Under the pieces are notes generated by a model. The model was not told the origin of the DNA. It did no database searches and saw only the letters and a program-made list of their open reading frames with translations. Shown piece by piece: positions 47,154 to 60,348 of a stretch of DNA of 64,000 nucleotides. The DNA is from Scyliorhinus canicula (lineage: Eukaryota). The stretch covers positions 9,339,088-9,403,087 of the forward strand of contig NC_052164.1 in the NCBI RefSeq assembly GCF_902713615.1. The letters run 5' to 3'. A program made the translations under genes and the position numbers. The stretch's first letter is position 1. Every line of letters starts with the position of its first letter.

Positions 47154-48069
47154 TGTCACGACACCCTGGGCTAGCGCGCGGTCAATTCCAGCCCCACTTG
47201 TCCCAGAGTCGCAACACAGGAGAAATTAGATTTTATTTAAAATTCACAATGCCCTTGGTTGAGCTCAATAAACTACAGTCACCAGGTTTGTAACTTTAAA
47301 ACACAAGTAATGTTTTATCATGTACAGTATTATAATTCAACAGATAGAAAATGTAACTGACCATCTATTACCTCTTTTGCACCCCCTCTTTCTAACTCTG
47401 TATGCACTCACACACACAGACAAACAACACAGAGGGGAAAGTGTGGTTGAAAGGGAAGAAAATATCAATAAAAATAATAGGATAAGGATCTTTGATGCAC
47501 TGGGATAACTTCCAGTCAATGCCTTTCGCAAGTTCAGACTTTCGTTTTGATGCTTCTTCCTTCTAGGCTTGAGTTGGTTTTCTCTGGCAAGGTTGTCTCC
47601 TTTCTCTGCAGACTCAGCTTAACTTCAGGTTCACAGCAATGGGTGTGCCAGGAACTCACTACTTTGAGAACAATAGTGATGTTCTTTCACTTCAGCAAGC
47701 AGGAGAGGGTATTCCTTTCACTTCTAAGGTCTAAACACTTCTGCTAAGTCCTCTCAGGAAGCATCACGCAGGAACCAATCACTGACCATTGTCAGGCAGA
47801 ACACTGTCCCTGGCCAACCCACCAGTTGTCAGTTAACCAATCAAACTGCCTCCCTTCAAAGCTGGTGCCTAAGGTCCACTCAGTGCCGAAGAGTCTGGCT
47901 TCTCCTTTCCAGGATACAAAACCTGGGAACACAATGTCCTGGCAGGCAGGCTGTTTCAACAGAGTCTTCCGCTTAAAGGCACATCCTGATTATGAGTCCA
48001 TAGACGAAAATAATAAAAAGAAAAGGAAAGAAGTGGGAACAAAGGAAATAAACAGGAAGGGCTCTTACA
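47154..48069. mobile_element. Solo LTR (916 bp) inserted in a CR1 tail remnant
   Basis: TGT...ACA termini and perfect 4-bp TSD CATG (47150-47153, 48070-48073). Confidence 0.85.
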
Positions 48070-49030
48070 CATGGGAATATTTGACACAGGGAATTGCTGT
48101 GAACTGGAACGTTTTTTTCTTTATTCATTCAGGGATGTAAGCATTGCTGGCAAGTCCAGCATTTGTTCAATATTTCAGAGGCAGCCACCATTGCTGTGGG
48201 CTTGGGGGTCACACGTAGGCCAGACCAGGTACGGCAGATTTCCTTCCCTAAACGACGTTAGGGAACCAGATGGGTTTTTACAACAATCAGTGATAATTTC
48301 ATGGTCACTATAACTGAGACTATCTTTATAATTCCAGATGTAATCAATTGAATTTAAATTCCGTGATCTGCTGTGGTGGGATTTGAATCTGTCCATCGCC
48401 CAGATTAGCCGAGGGTATCTGGATTACTCAGCCTGTGACAGTACCACTTTCCCACCGAGGTCACGCTGTCTGAAAAGGTGGAGGAGGTGGATTCGATGGT
48501 AACTTTCAAAAGGGGTATATACTAACCAGAGTCAGTATATACTTGAAGATTGAAACTTTGCTGGGCCATGGGGAGAGGACAGTCGCATGGAGCTAATTGG
48601 ATAGCTCTTTTAAAGAGCTAACACAGGCAATTATTGATCCTGCTGCAGGTGACAATCAGGTTTCAAAGGGAGATGTGATTAAGTCGAGTGTAGAAGCCTG
48701 TGGAGGTTCCTTGGGTATGGGGGATGTGGGACCACCATCTTCCATCATTCAGGAGCCATCAGGAGAGGGGAGAGGACAAGAAAATTAGACCAGAAGCTGC
48801 GGAACTATTTAATGAGCTGGATTTAGGACAGAGAAAATAATCCACAGGGATTCACGAGCTGTCGGACCGCACTCTGCAAAGATATCACAGCAAACATTTC
48901 CAAACACCTGCTCTTGCATACCAAAGCTGCATTGCTGCAAAGTTGACGGTGAAAAAGAAAGGTGCATTTATGTAGCATCTTTCCCAACCTCCAGATAACT
49001 CAAAGTGATTTACAGCCAACAAAGTACTTT

Positions 49031-49257
49031 AAAAAAAAAAATTTACAGAACCCAACTATTTTTCCTTTCCAATTAAGGGGCAATTTAGCGTAGCCAATCC
49101 ACCTAACCTGCACATCTTTGGGTTGTGGGAGTGAAACCCACCCAAACACGGGGAGAATGTGCAAACTCCACACGGACAGTGACCTGGGGCTGGGATCGAA
49201 CCCGGGTCCTCAGCGCCGTAGGCAGTAATGCTAACCACTGCGCCACCGTGCCAGCCC
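49031..49257 (-). mobile_element. V-SINE type C inside a Deu-SINE remnant
   Basis: TSD acaaagtacttt. Confidence 0.88.
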
Positions 49258-49490
49258 TACAAAGTACTTTTGATGGGTAGGTGTTTGTAGCACAGGAAAT
49301 GCCACAAACCAATTTGTGTACAACAAGGCCTTGCAAACAACAATGAGATAAATGTCTTTCTAAATGTAACATCGAATAAAAAGGGGTTGGCAAATTGGTG
49401 ACGCAACTTGCCGAATAGATGAGCTTGCAGACGCTATGCTTTTAGAACATTTGTTTTAAACATGAGTGAGATTAATTTTTTTAAAATCCT

Positions 49491-49672
49491 TGGTTTAGCT
49501 CACTAGGCTAATCGCTGGCTTTTAAAGCAGACCAAGCAGGCCAGCAGCACGGTTCAATTCCCGTACCAGCCTCCCCGAACAGGCGCCGGAATGTGGTGAC
49601 TAGGGGCTTTTCACAGTAACTTCATTAAAGCCTACCCGTGACAATAAGCGATTTTCATTTCTTCATTTTTCA
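49491..49672 (+). mobile_element. SINE type D
   Basis: Matches 15535-15712. Confidence 0.85.
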
Positions 49673-49879
49673 ATATCCAACCAAATATGATTGACTCCTT
49701 TTCGAAGTAGAGTTCCAGGTTTAATCTTTGGTACCTTAACCATTCTGTTGGGTAAGGGTGTCTGGAGTTATGGAGCTAAGGTGGACAGAGTATAAAGACA
49801 CAGCCCATTCTGTTCAACTGGTCCAATGCCAGCTTCCCATCGCTCTTCATTTAACCCCATCAGCATATCCTTTATCCAC

Positions 49880-50085
49880 GCACCCACCACTCTGTGTAAA
49901 GAACCTACCTCTGACATCTCCCCTGTACCTTCCTCCAATCACCTTAAAATTATGTCCCCTCATGACAGCCATTTCCGCCCTGGGGAAAAGCCTCTGGGTA
50001 GCCACTCTATCCATGCCTCTCATCACCTTGTACACCTCTATCAAGTCACCTCTCTTCCTTCTTCGCTCCAGTGAGAAAAACCCTA
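49880..50085 (-). mobile_element. CR1 internal 3' fragment
   Basis: IEVYKVMRGMDRV...RGHNFKVIGGRYRGDVRGRFFTQ. Confidence 0.8.
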
Positions 50086-50517
50086 CCTCTTTTCCAACTC
50101 AAGATTAGGGTTAATTTATCAATATTTCTTGATTTGTCTCGTATTTTCACCAGAGTCCTGCAATGATCGTCCATGGTCAATAACCATTTTTAAAATCAAT
50201 TTTTAAAAACCAATTTGTGGAATGTGTGCTGTGTTAGCAAAGTCACATGTATTGTCTGTCTTTCAACATCATTGGGCCTGCTTCTTTGAACCACGCTTTG
50301 GTAGAATGGTGTTTTTTTCCCAAAAACATACTTTATTCATACATTCCAATACATTTCAAATTGGACATTATGGAAAATGCAATAACGTTCAACTTTTCTC
50401 CGCAGAGCATGTTGCACTTTGAGATATCTCAATTCATTTGAAATGCATGTGATACTATGTACATAAATGTCAGGCATACAACCAATGGGATTCCACAATG
50501 TTACCAGCCCCTGGGTG

Positions 50518-50725
50518 CCCACAGTCCAAAGATGTGCAAGTTAGGTGGATTGGTCATGCTAAATTTGCCCTTCGTGTCCAAAATTGTCCTTGGTGCTGGG
50601 TGGGGTTACTGGGTTATGGGGATAGGGTGGAGGTGTGGGCTTGGGTAGGGTGCTCTTTCCAAGAGCCGGTGCAGACTCGATGGGCCGAATGGCCTCCTTC
50701 TGCACTGTAAATCCTTTGATTCTAT
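50518..50725 (+). mobile_element. 5'-truncated V-SINE type B
   Basis: 3' half of type B. Confidence 0.82.
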
Positions 50726-52849
50726 GGCTGGAAGGCCTTCTCTTCAATGGTGGTCTTTCCCCACTTTGCCTTTGCATTGACTGCCCCAAGCTTTAGTGCG
50801 TCCTGTAGTATGTAGTCATGGACCTTGGAATGATTCAGTAGCATTACTCGGCCATGGACAGCTCTTTGCACTGGTACCATGGTATTAGATGACAGGATTT
50901 TGATATGTGGTCCCCAGGCAGTGCACTCACAATTGGTACGGTGTCTCCTATTATCCTGCCCTCTCTGGACATCCTATAGTACATCACATCTGTCTGATGA
51001 AACTGCAATCGCAGTCATTATGTCGGAACATACCAATAACAACACCAATTGTTTTTGCACATAGCCCTTAACATATTAAAATGTCCCAAGTTGCTTCACA
51101 GGGAGCATTATCGGATAAACTTTGACACTAAGTCATATGAGGAGATGTTAGCACAGCTGACTAAACGCTTGGTCAAAGAAGTAATTTTGAAGGAACGTCT
51201 TAAATGAGGAAAGGGAGACATTAATTCAGTGTTAATCTTGTTTGTTTGAATGCAGGTAATCATGAAATGGTAATTCACTTGTCTCCCTATAAATAGACAC
51301 AGACTGAAACCACGGCTGTTGAGTTTGAATGTTTGTAATGTGTAACCCGATAATAAATGCTTATAAAAATGTGCAAAGATTGGCTCCAGTTTTATCCTTC
51401 AATTGGCTTTCTGGATGTTATCAGATTCAGGTGGATAGATTTAGGGAGCGAATTCCAGATGGGGCTCCGGCAACTACAGACAGGCTACTGATGGTGGAGC
51501 AATTCAATCCTGTGATGCTCAAAAAGCCCGAATTGGAGGATGCAAGCATCTCAGAAGGTTATAGGGCTGAAGGAGGTCACAGAGATAGGGAGGTTTCGAG
51601 GCTGTGGAAGGATTCGAAAATAAGGGTGAGCATTTTGAAGTCGAGGTTTTGCAAAACAAATTGATTACCTTAGTGCTGAAGTTTGGACTCCTAGTTTTTC
51701 CCAGTGTGCGGTTGGACACCTCTGGCAGTGCCACAGCGCATTGGACGGACTCAGTGACATAATGCACCACCATTTCACCAAGATTTTCTGATTAAATTAA
51801 TTGCTGATCAAACATGATGTGAATCTAGCTCCGTGATGGTGTGATGGATCTCCGAGGTGACCTGCACGTTATTATTAATAAATACAGGACAGGAAATCTC
51901 AGTCGGTTCTGGCCTGTTCACATGAGAATCACGGGATGTGTTACTTTGCCCACTCACGATGCTCAGAGAGCGCCCCTGAAGTAAGAAGAGAAAGAAATAC
52001 TTGCATTCGTGTAGCAACTTTTGCACCTCGGGACATCGCAAAGCACTTTACAGCTAATGAGGTACTTTGAAGTGTAGTCACTGTTGCAATGTAGAAAACA
52101 CGGCAGACAATTTGTACACAGCAAGATCCCACAAAAGGAATGTGATAAATTATATGGCACTGTGTTGTTTGGAAGATCAATATTGGACAGGGATCTTTTA
52201 TATTTAGCCGAGAGGGCAGATGGACCACAGCATCTCAACGGCAGCTCTAACACTGCAGCACTCTCTCAGTGCTGCCAATTGAATTGTAAATTGATCCAAA
52301 ACCAGTTTGGACTATTATGTTCCTCTGGGTACACTATCTCTAAAGGCTTGATTTTAACAATGTCCTTCAGGCATTAGCAGATTGCCCGCTCATTATACAC
52401 ACCTGTTCCTTTCCAAAGCAAATCGTTAGAATTGGCCTGCTGTATTTGTCTTTGCGTCTGTACAGTTGCTGCACTTTTTCTGCACGCTCATCAATAATTT
52501 CCAACTTGCCTCACCAATAGCCGTCCAAAAAAACTCATTCAGCTGCCATGTCAGCACTCGCCCGAATTCAGAGGAAAGATGATTATTTGATGGATTATAT
52601 TATATTTAGTGTTGTGAATTGTGAGGTGGTCGAATTGTGATACCTCGGAGTCAGTTTGCCGCTTGGGAAACGCATGTCCGGACCTGGGAAAACCGGTCAT
52701 TTAATTTAGCAAAGTCCTAGGCCTCGTGGAGCCTGGGACTCAATTTATGATGAGCAAGTACATAGAATCACTTCGAATTTAGTGCACAGGAATAGGCCAT
52801 CCAGCCCAACTGGCCTACGCCCGTTTTTATGCACCACGTCAGACATGTG

Positions 52850-53525
52850 GGGCGGGATTCTCCCAATGGGAGTATAAGTGCCGACGCCGGAGTGTTTTTC
52901 TCCGGCGTCGGCGCCCGTTCCCAGACTCCTATTCTCTCCCCCCCCCCCCCACCCCCACCCCCCCCACCCCGTGGGGCTAGTAGGCGTTGCGCGATTTACG
53001 TAGGCGGGGCCTCGGCGCGGCGTCAGAGACCCGGCACCTTGGGTTCCACGCATGCGCAGTTGGGATGACACCAACCGACACATGCGCGGTAACCTCGCGG
53101 AGTGCTCTGGCCCCTCACCAACATGGCGCCGGGGTTCTGGGGCCGGTCGCACAAGGAAGTAGGCCCGGGGGGGGAGAGGCTGGCCCGCCGATCGGTGAGC
53201 CCCGATCGGGCGCCAGACTCCATCGGAGGCCCCCCACCCCCCCCCCTGGGAATGGAGCCCCCCTCCCCCCCCCCCCCCCCTACAGGCCGCCCCCCAAGCC
53301 TGTGTGACGAGTACCCGCCGGCAGTGACTATGTGTGGACGCCGCCGGTGGGATTAGGCCGTTTACCCGCTCGCCGTTTGCGGCGATTCTCCGAGCGGCCA
53401 GGCGCGATTTGCGCGGCGCTGGTTTCGGGGGCCGTGGGAGAATCGCGTGCGGGGGTCGGGGCAGCGTGGCCCCGGCGATTCTCCCACCTGGCCGGGGGGG
53501 GGGGGGGGGGGAGAGAATCCCGCCC
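52850..53525. mobile_element. GC-rich TIR MITE, different interior
   Basis: TIRs GGGCGGGATTCTC / GAGAATCCCGCCC; flanks gtg/gag. Confidence 0.8.
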
Positions 53526-53534
53526 GAGGTGTGT

Positions 53535-53975
53535 CAACCGTGGCTTGATGGCACTCTCACCTCGAGTCTCAAGGTTCCGTGTTCAAATCCCACTCCAGGA
53601 CTCGAGTGCAGCAACCAAGGCTGATGCTACAGTGCTGAGGGAATGCTGCACTCTCAGAGTTGCTGTACTTCAGTTGACATGTTAAACTGAGCCCTCTGAC
53701 TCCTCAGGTGGAAGGCATAAATCCCACGGCACTCTTCTAAGGAAGAGAAGGGGAGCAACCCTCCCTGGTGCCCTGGGCAGTATTTATCCCTAATTCATCA
53801 TTGCAAAAAAACATATTAACTGGTCGCTGTCATATTGATGTATGTGGGAGCTTGTGTATAAATTAGCTGCTGCATTACAGCAGTGGCTACACTTCCCAAA
53901 AGGTATCTCATTGGCTGTACAGCACATTGACACACCCAGTGGTCATCCAAGGGGCAAAATAAATGCAAAACTTTT
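53535..53975 (+). mobile_element. Near-complete old Deu-domain SINE (SacSINE1-like)
   Basis: tRNA head (gttcaaatccc), aaatcccacggcact..gaagagaaggg..tatttatccct core, L2-like tail ending aaatgcaa. Confidence 0.7.
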
Positions 53976-54298
53976 TTCCCTCTCACCACAACCTTTTCTC
54001 CCTCATATCTAGTTACCACCTACTATAAACGAAGAGAAGATTAACAGACACTGACACAGTTATTTCCTGAAGTGGACAGGTTAAAATAAAATCAAATGTG
54101 CCATGTTGCACTTTTAGAAAGTCAACAAATGCGTTTTCTCCACAAAAGCAGAGTTTCCAGCTCCAGTGAGTAGTTTGAAGTTTAATCTGCTTCTGTCCCA
54201 GGAAACATGTTGATGATCCTTCCTGGTATTTGGGAACACTTGGGAAAAGACAAAAACAGTTTTTGCATTGGGTTTAAGCTTCACTGTTTTGCCTTTCC

Positions 54299-54317
54299 TG
54301 ACCACAAGAGGGCACCA
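54299..54317 (+). promoter_or_regulatory. CTCF-like motif (left arm of inverted repeat)
   Basis: TGACCACAAGAGGGCACCA resembles the CTCF core consensus TGGCCACCAGGGGGCGCTA. Confidence 0.55.
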
Positions 54318-54654
54318 ACCCCACATTTTCCCTGCCCCGATCTTCCAGCAGCACTTTTCAAAGTTATCTGAAATGTTTTTCCCACTTCACTCTCTCTCTC
54401 TCTCTCAGGCTTTGGGATCCACAGTCCACATGGAACCAGGGCAGGCTTTCCCTAAGCCTTTGCGGCGCCACTTTTTAAGTTGCTGCCGGGTCACGAGCGG
54501 AGATCCGATCGATCGAATTTTCACTCCCGATGAGGGAGTAAGAGGCTCCGCATTGAAGAGATAGGGGATCACTCTGTCACTTCAGCCCGCTCCACCATTC
54601 AGTCAGACCTGAACCTTAACACCGCTTGCCCACCTTGACTTCACATCCCTTGAT

Positions 54655-54998
54655 ATCATAGAATCATAGAATTTACAGTGCAGACGGAGGCCATTCGGCC
54701 CTTCGAGTCTGCACCGGCCCTTGGATATGAGCACCCTACTTAAGCCCACGCCTCCACCCTATCCCCGTAACCCAGTAACCCCACCTAACCTTTTTGGTCA
54801 CTAAGGGCAATTTATCATGGCCAATCCACCAAACCTGCAGATCTTTGGACTGTGGGAGGAAACCGGAGCACCCGGAGGAAACCCACGCAGACACGGGGAG
54901 GACGTGCAGACTCCGCACAGTGACCCAAGCCGGGAATCGAACCTGGGACCCTGGAGCTGTGAAGCAACTGTGCTACCCACTGTGCTACCGTGCTGCCC
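54655..54998 (-). mobile_element. HE1/V-SINE type B
   Basis: Full copy. Confidence 0.9.
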
Positions 54999-55202
54999 TC
55001 CCACACAAATCTATCAATCTCAGTTTCCATCTCTAACAAATTAATTAATTTTTAAAAAAACTTGAAGAGTTGCGCAAGCAGAGCTTTTAGGGGTCCCTCT
55101 CTGCCTTGGCTGCATGTGCTTGGGAGGGGTTGGGGGGGTGGTGGGGGGGGGGCGGGGAGCATTTTAGATGACTTTAGAAAGAGGGGGGCAGAATGTGGGG
55201 TG

Positions 55203-55221
55203 TGGTGCCCTCTTGTGGCCA
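55203..55221 (-). promoter_or_regulatory. CTCF-like motif (right arm of inverted repeat)
   Basis: Reverse complement reads TGGCCACAAGAGGGCACCA. Confidence 0.55.
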
Positions 55222-55701
55222 GGAAAGGCAAGGCAGTGAAACTTAAAACCAAATCCAAAAATTGTTTTTTGGACTTTTCCAAATGTTCGTAAACACCAGG
55301 AAAAATCATCTACAGATTTCCTTGGAAGGAAACAAAATGACTTTGGAGCTGCTAAGTGGAGCTTTAAACTGTCAACCTTGAGTCAAGCCCCTGCTAACTT
55401 CGATTAAGCAAGTCACTTTTTGTGCCTCTTGAGTTTGCTGCTATATTTCCTGGCTCCAATTTTAAGACTTTTCCCCCATCATTAAATCTTTTTTTTACTA
55501 TTTGAAATAACTCGATCAAATCATCCTTCCACCTTGTAAACTTGAGAGTAAAACTCCAGTTGATGGAATGCCTGTTGTTCCGGTGCTCTGGCCTCTGACA
55601 CAGAAAGCTGAGTTTATATCAAACTGCAGCAACTTGAGTACAGAATCCAGAAGGCAAGCTAACCCGCACATCTTTGGACTGTGGGAGGAAACCGGAGCAC
55701 C

Positions 55702-56139
55702 CCAATGCAGACCTGGACCGCCGAAACAGTGCCCCACATCGGCCGCTCGCGCGTGCCGGACCGCCCGCACACATTGCCCCCAGCCCCGAATGAAGCCCTC
55801 CTTGCCCGCTGATCGGCCCTCCCCCCGACTGTGGCGGCCCCGGACTGAGTCCGCAGCCGCCACACGAGGATCACGGACGGTGGGACCATGTTAGAACCAC
55901 GTCGTCGGGAATTCAGCCGGTCGGGATGGTGAATCGCGGGGTGGGTATCAGGCAATGGCCTGAGGCGGCGTACTCCATGAGAAAGCTGATTTCCGGGGGG
56001 GACGGAGAATTGCGAAACCAGCGACGGTCCTGATTTTGTGCGCCAAAACGGATTCTCCGCCCCATCGCCGAACGCGATTTCAGCGTCGGGGTGGGGAGGG
56101 GGGGGGGGGGGGGGGGGGGGGGGGCGGAGAATCCAGCCC
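55702..56139. mobile_element. Partial GC-rich TIR MITE fused to a V-SINE fragment
   Basis: Right end GGAGAATCCAGCCC followed by CTG; left end missing. Confidence 0.65.
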
Positions 56140-56899
56140 CTGATTTCTCTGCATCTCCCCTATCAAAGCCCTTTGGCACTGTGACCATTTCGATCAGGTC
56201 ACCCAACAACTGTCTAAACTCAAGCGAAAGTGTATGCCAGCTGTTTGCACAACCAACCCATTAAACTTTGGTATGCTTACACCCTGATCCAGCAATGCAT
56301 CACCATTCACTGCTGCCCACTTAAACCCTACTGTCAACAACTATTGACCTATTGGCTTTCGCACACTTCCTGGCGAAAGCTCCTGCTTGGTACATGGTGA
56401 AATATTTATATTGACAGAACATTTGATCAGGCAAGTTTGCCAGCAGAAATCTTCAAAGGCAACAACATGTTTCACAAGGATGTTTACCAACACAGGGAGA
56501 AACATCTGCTGGGTGATTTCTTAATAAAATTGGATCCATGTGTTTTCTTAGAATGCTTTTGCCGTTTCCCTAGAAATAGACTTAACGGAATGTTCACTGT
56601 GTTGTTTTTACTGTCCTTGCTGCGATTCTGCCCTCTCCCAGGGGAGAAACACCCCCACCACCACCCCACTGCCGAAATATGGGATTTGACCGATTCCCTC
56701 TGTTGCTGTCCTGTGTTGACAAACAGAGGCGACTGTTTCTCATGCAGCGTCCATCATCCCCTTCTATGATTTTGCTGGTTTTGGGTTGACAGGTAATTGT
56801 TGGTCAGGATGCCAGTGCTGTTCCTCAAAGTTGTGTCACGGGACCGTTTCATGTCCACCTTAATAGACAAATGGGATTTAGTTAAATAATCTGAGCTGG

Positions 56900-57918
56900 T
56901 ATAGGAGGTGGAGGGAAGTGAGGCTGGTCAAGGTGAGGGATTTGTATTTGGAGGAAGGTTGGCCAGTCTGGAGGAGCTAAGGGAGAGGGTAGAGCTGCCA
57001 AGGGGGAGTGAGTTCAGGTATCTACAGGTTAGGGACTTTGCACGAAAGGTCTGGAGGTGGTTCCCTAGGTTGCTGGGATACACCCTGCTGGAGAAAGCTT
57101 CCAGATGGGGAAGGGGAGGGAAGAATTGGGGACATATATAAGTGGCTGGGGGAGCAGGGAGGCGAGCGGGTGGTGAAGATCAAGGAGAAATGGGAAGCGG
57201 AGTTGGGAATGGAGATCAATTGGGGAGTATGGAGTGAGGCACTGCGAAGGGTAAACGGGACCTTCTCTTGTGCAAGGATGAGCCTGATACAGTTTAAGGT
57301 GGTGCACAGGGTGCATATGACTCGGGTGAGAATGAGTGGGTTCTTTCAGGGGGTAGCAGATGAGTGTGAGAGGTGTGGGCGGGGCCAGCGAATCATACGC
57401 ACATGTTTTGGAGTTGTGAAAAATTGGGAAGATTCTGGGCGGGAGTGTTCGCGGTCTTAGCCAGGATAGTGGAGGAGGGAGTGGACCCGGACCCTTTGGT
57501 GGCGATATTTGGGGTTTCAGAGAAGCCGGAGCTCATGGAGAGGAGGAAGGCCGATGTCGTGGCCTTCGCCTCTCTGATTGCACGGCGGTGAATTTTGCTG
57601 GAGTGGCGGTTGGCATCGCCACCGGGGGTAGCAGCATGGTTGGGTGACCTGTACGACTTCCTGCGGTTGGAGAAAATAAAATATCAGTTAAGGGGCTCAG
57701 TGGGGGAGTTTGAGAAAATGGGAGATGTTTGTGTGTTTGAGGAGCTGTTCGTCCCAGGGGGATGGGTGATGGGGAGATGGGGGGTGGGGTGAAAAAGGGG
57801 AAAAATCTATACAGACTGTATAGTTGATTGTTGGGAAGTATGGTTCCCGGGGTATTTACTTGCTGTAACCTGTTTTGATACAAGTTTGTAATAAAATATG
57901 TTTAATAAATAAATAAAT
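56900..57918 (+). mobile_element. 5'-truncated L1-clade LINE
   Basis: ORF2 C-terminal IQFKVVHR...CERC...HMFWSC (zf-RVT), AATAAA, (TAAA)n tail, 16-bp TSD aaataaYctgagctgg. Confidence 0.9.
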
Positions 57919-58257
57919 AAATAACCTGAGCTGGATTTAGCAGCATTAAATCTACCTGCCAGTCACAAACACCAGGTTATTGGAATCTTGAGTTCAAATA
58001 TTGCCAAGATACAAACTGCTCTTAATATGCTTCATCAGAAACGGAACATGCAGAGAAAGATTGTCCCTGATTGATTGACAGCTCCCAACAAGAAAGACGC
58101 AGGGAGATTTCCAGCGTTCATGATTCACAGTGATCATTTATAAATGTGAATATAAAGAATATAGTTACGACAAAAAAACTGCCCCGCCGAAGTAAACATC
58201 TCAGAGAGGCTCATTAATCCAGCTGTTTTCCTGAAGTTTAAAGTATTATTACAAGCT

Positions 58258-58497
58258 GTGTGTATGGTGTGTTGTGCGCTGTGCTTTCATGAGTATTACT
58301 GTATCTGTTGATGTGTACATCTGTACATCTGTCTGTGCAGGTCTGTCTGCTTCTGTATGTGTACATGTGCACACCTGCAAGTCAAAAGGTATTTGTATGT
58401 GTGCATGTGTTTGTGGTTGCATGTTTGTGTGTGCGCACATGTCCACATAGATGTGCATGTGCTTGCGCATGTGTGTGTGTGTGTGTGTGTGTGTGTG
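58258..58497. repeat. Degenerate (TG)n microsatellite
   Basis: TG-rich tract ending in pure (TG)n. Confidence 0.85.
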
Positions 58498-58660
58498 GAG
58501 ACTCAATATCCCCACTATGGTCACATTATACTGCTGTGGATCAGCTTTAACAAAGGGTTAACTGGACTCGAAACGTTAGCTCTTTTCTCTCCTTACAGAT
58601 GCTGCCAGACCTGCTGAGATTTTCCAGCATTTTTTCTTTTGGATTAACTTCTGTCTGCTA

Positions 58661-58902
58661 TCTTTTTTTTCTTTCTTTTTTTAAATGAATTTAGAGTACC
58701 CAATTCATTTCTTCCAATTAAGGGGCAATTTAGCATGGCCAATCCACCTACCCTGCACATCATAGGGTTGTGGGGGCGAAACCCACGCAAACACGGGGAG
58801 GATGTGCAAACTCCACATGGACAGTGACCCAGAGCCGGGGTCGAACCTGGGACCTCGGCGCTTTGAGGCAGCAGTGCTAACCACCGTGTCACCGTGCTGC
58901 CC
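58661..58902 (-). mobile_element. V-SINE type C
   Basis: Full copy with T-rich (reverse A) tail. Confidence 0.88.
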
Positions 58903-59547
58903 TTTTAACCAGTTCCTCACCCAGCGCCATGTTCAACCTGGCTTGTGACGCAAATTTGAAATTTGAATTCAATAAAAAAAAATCTGGTTTTAAAAGTCTG
59001 AAGATGACCAGGAAACCATTGCCGATTGTCGGAAAAACCCATCTGGTTCACTGATGTCCTTTCGGGGAAAAACTCTGCCGTCCTTACCCAGGTCTGGCCA
59101 TCATGTGACTCTAGATCCACAGCAATGTGGTTGACTCTAAACTACCCTCAGGGATTGGCACTAAATGCTGGCACAGGCAGCACGCCCACATTGCATGAAT
59201 AAATAAAAAAAAGCTTTTCCTAAAGTCACCTCTGGTTCATTTGCCAATCGCCTTAAATCCACTCCCTTCTGTTATCGACCCTTCACCCACAGGGAAACTA
59301 TCTCTCTTTATCTCTCTAACCAAATCCTTCATAAAGGCTCAACGATGTCTCCTCTGGGCCTTCTCTGGTTTTCGGAGAACAACCCCCAGTCTCCCCACAA
59401 TTGCAGAATGTACCTCACAAAGTGGCCCCTAAGGTGGATGTTGGACGACAATAAACAGATCATTCAGTGCTGCACATTTGTCTCAGATGCTAATCATCTA
59501 AACTCACAGTCTTAAAGGGACGACTGATAGCTGCTTAGGAAAGAAAC

Positions 59548-59723
59548 TGAAATTGAAATTGAAAATCGTTTATTGTCACGAGTAGGCTTCAATGAAGTTA
59601 CTGTGAAAAGCCCCTAGTCGCCACATTCCAGCGCCTGTTCGGGGAGGCTGGTACGGGAATTGAACCGTGCTGCTGGCCTGCTTTCAAAGCCAGCGATTTA
59701 GCCCAGTGTGCTAAACCAGCCCC
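59548..59723 (-). mobile_element. SINE type D
   Basis: Reverse complement of 15535-15712. Confidence 0.85.
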
Positions 59724-59947
59724 AGGTAAGTTTTGGTTAAAGAGGTTTCTGTGTGGCCATTTGGCAAATGAATGCTCCTAATTGTGTCTCAGTTGCAGCA
59801 CATCGACATCTGAGTCCGAGGCTTGTGTGTTCAGATCTTACTCCAGAAATGTGAGCCAGTATTCCAGGCTGATACTACTGAGGAAGTGCTGACCCTACCA
59901 AAGAATCAGTTTTGGAAATATTAACGAGGCCCCTTTTGGGGGAAGTG

Positions 59948-60348
59948 AAAGATCCCATAGCCACTATCTAAAGATCCCATCGCCACTATCTATAGATCCC
60001 AAAGCCATCATCTGAAGACCCCATAGCCACTATCTAAAGATCCCATCGCCACTATCTAAAGACCCCAAAGCCACTATCTAAAGACCCCAAAGCCACTATC
60101 TAAAGATCCCATTGCCACTATCTATAGATCCCAAAGCCACTATCTAAAGATCACAAAGCCAGGATCTAAAGACCCCCACAGACACTATCTATAGATCCCA
60201 TAGCCACTATCTAAAGACCCCAAAGCCACTATCTAAAGACCCCAAAGCCACTATCTAAAGACCCCAAAGCCACTATCTAAAGACCCCAAAGCCACTATCT
60301 AAAGATTCCAGAGCCATTATCTATAGATCCCACAGCCACTATCTCTAG
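59948..60348 (+). repeat. 22-bp minisatellite AAAGAYCCCAWAGCCACTATCT (~18 units) within a Deu-SINE (~59790-61775)
   Basis: Period of 22 read directly; one more unit at 61505-61528 beyond the CR1. Confidence 0.92.

Larger units (their letters stand above)
54161..55361. repeat. Diverged ~180-bp inverted repeat (arms ~54161-54338 and ~55183-55361)
   Basis: Arms align as reverse complements, best around cctttcctgRccacaagagggcacca. Confidence 0.8.

Noticed and set aside
52403-52510. Minus-strand open stretch GKLEIIDERAEKVQQLYRRKDKYSRPILTICFGKEQ with a donor-like end
   Set aside because: No convincing acceptor, no recognised homology and no partner exons.
59948-60348. CRISPR-like array
   Set aside because: Head-to-tail 22-bp units with no unique spacers, in eukaryotic context with no cas genes.
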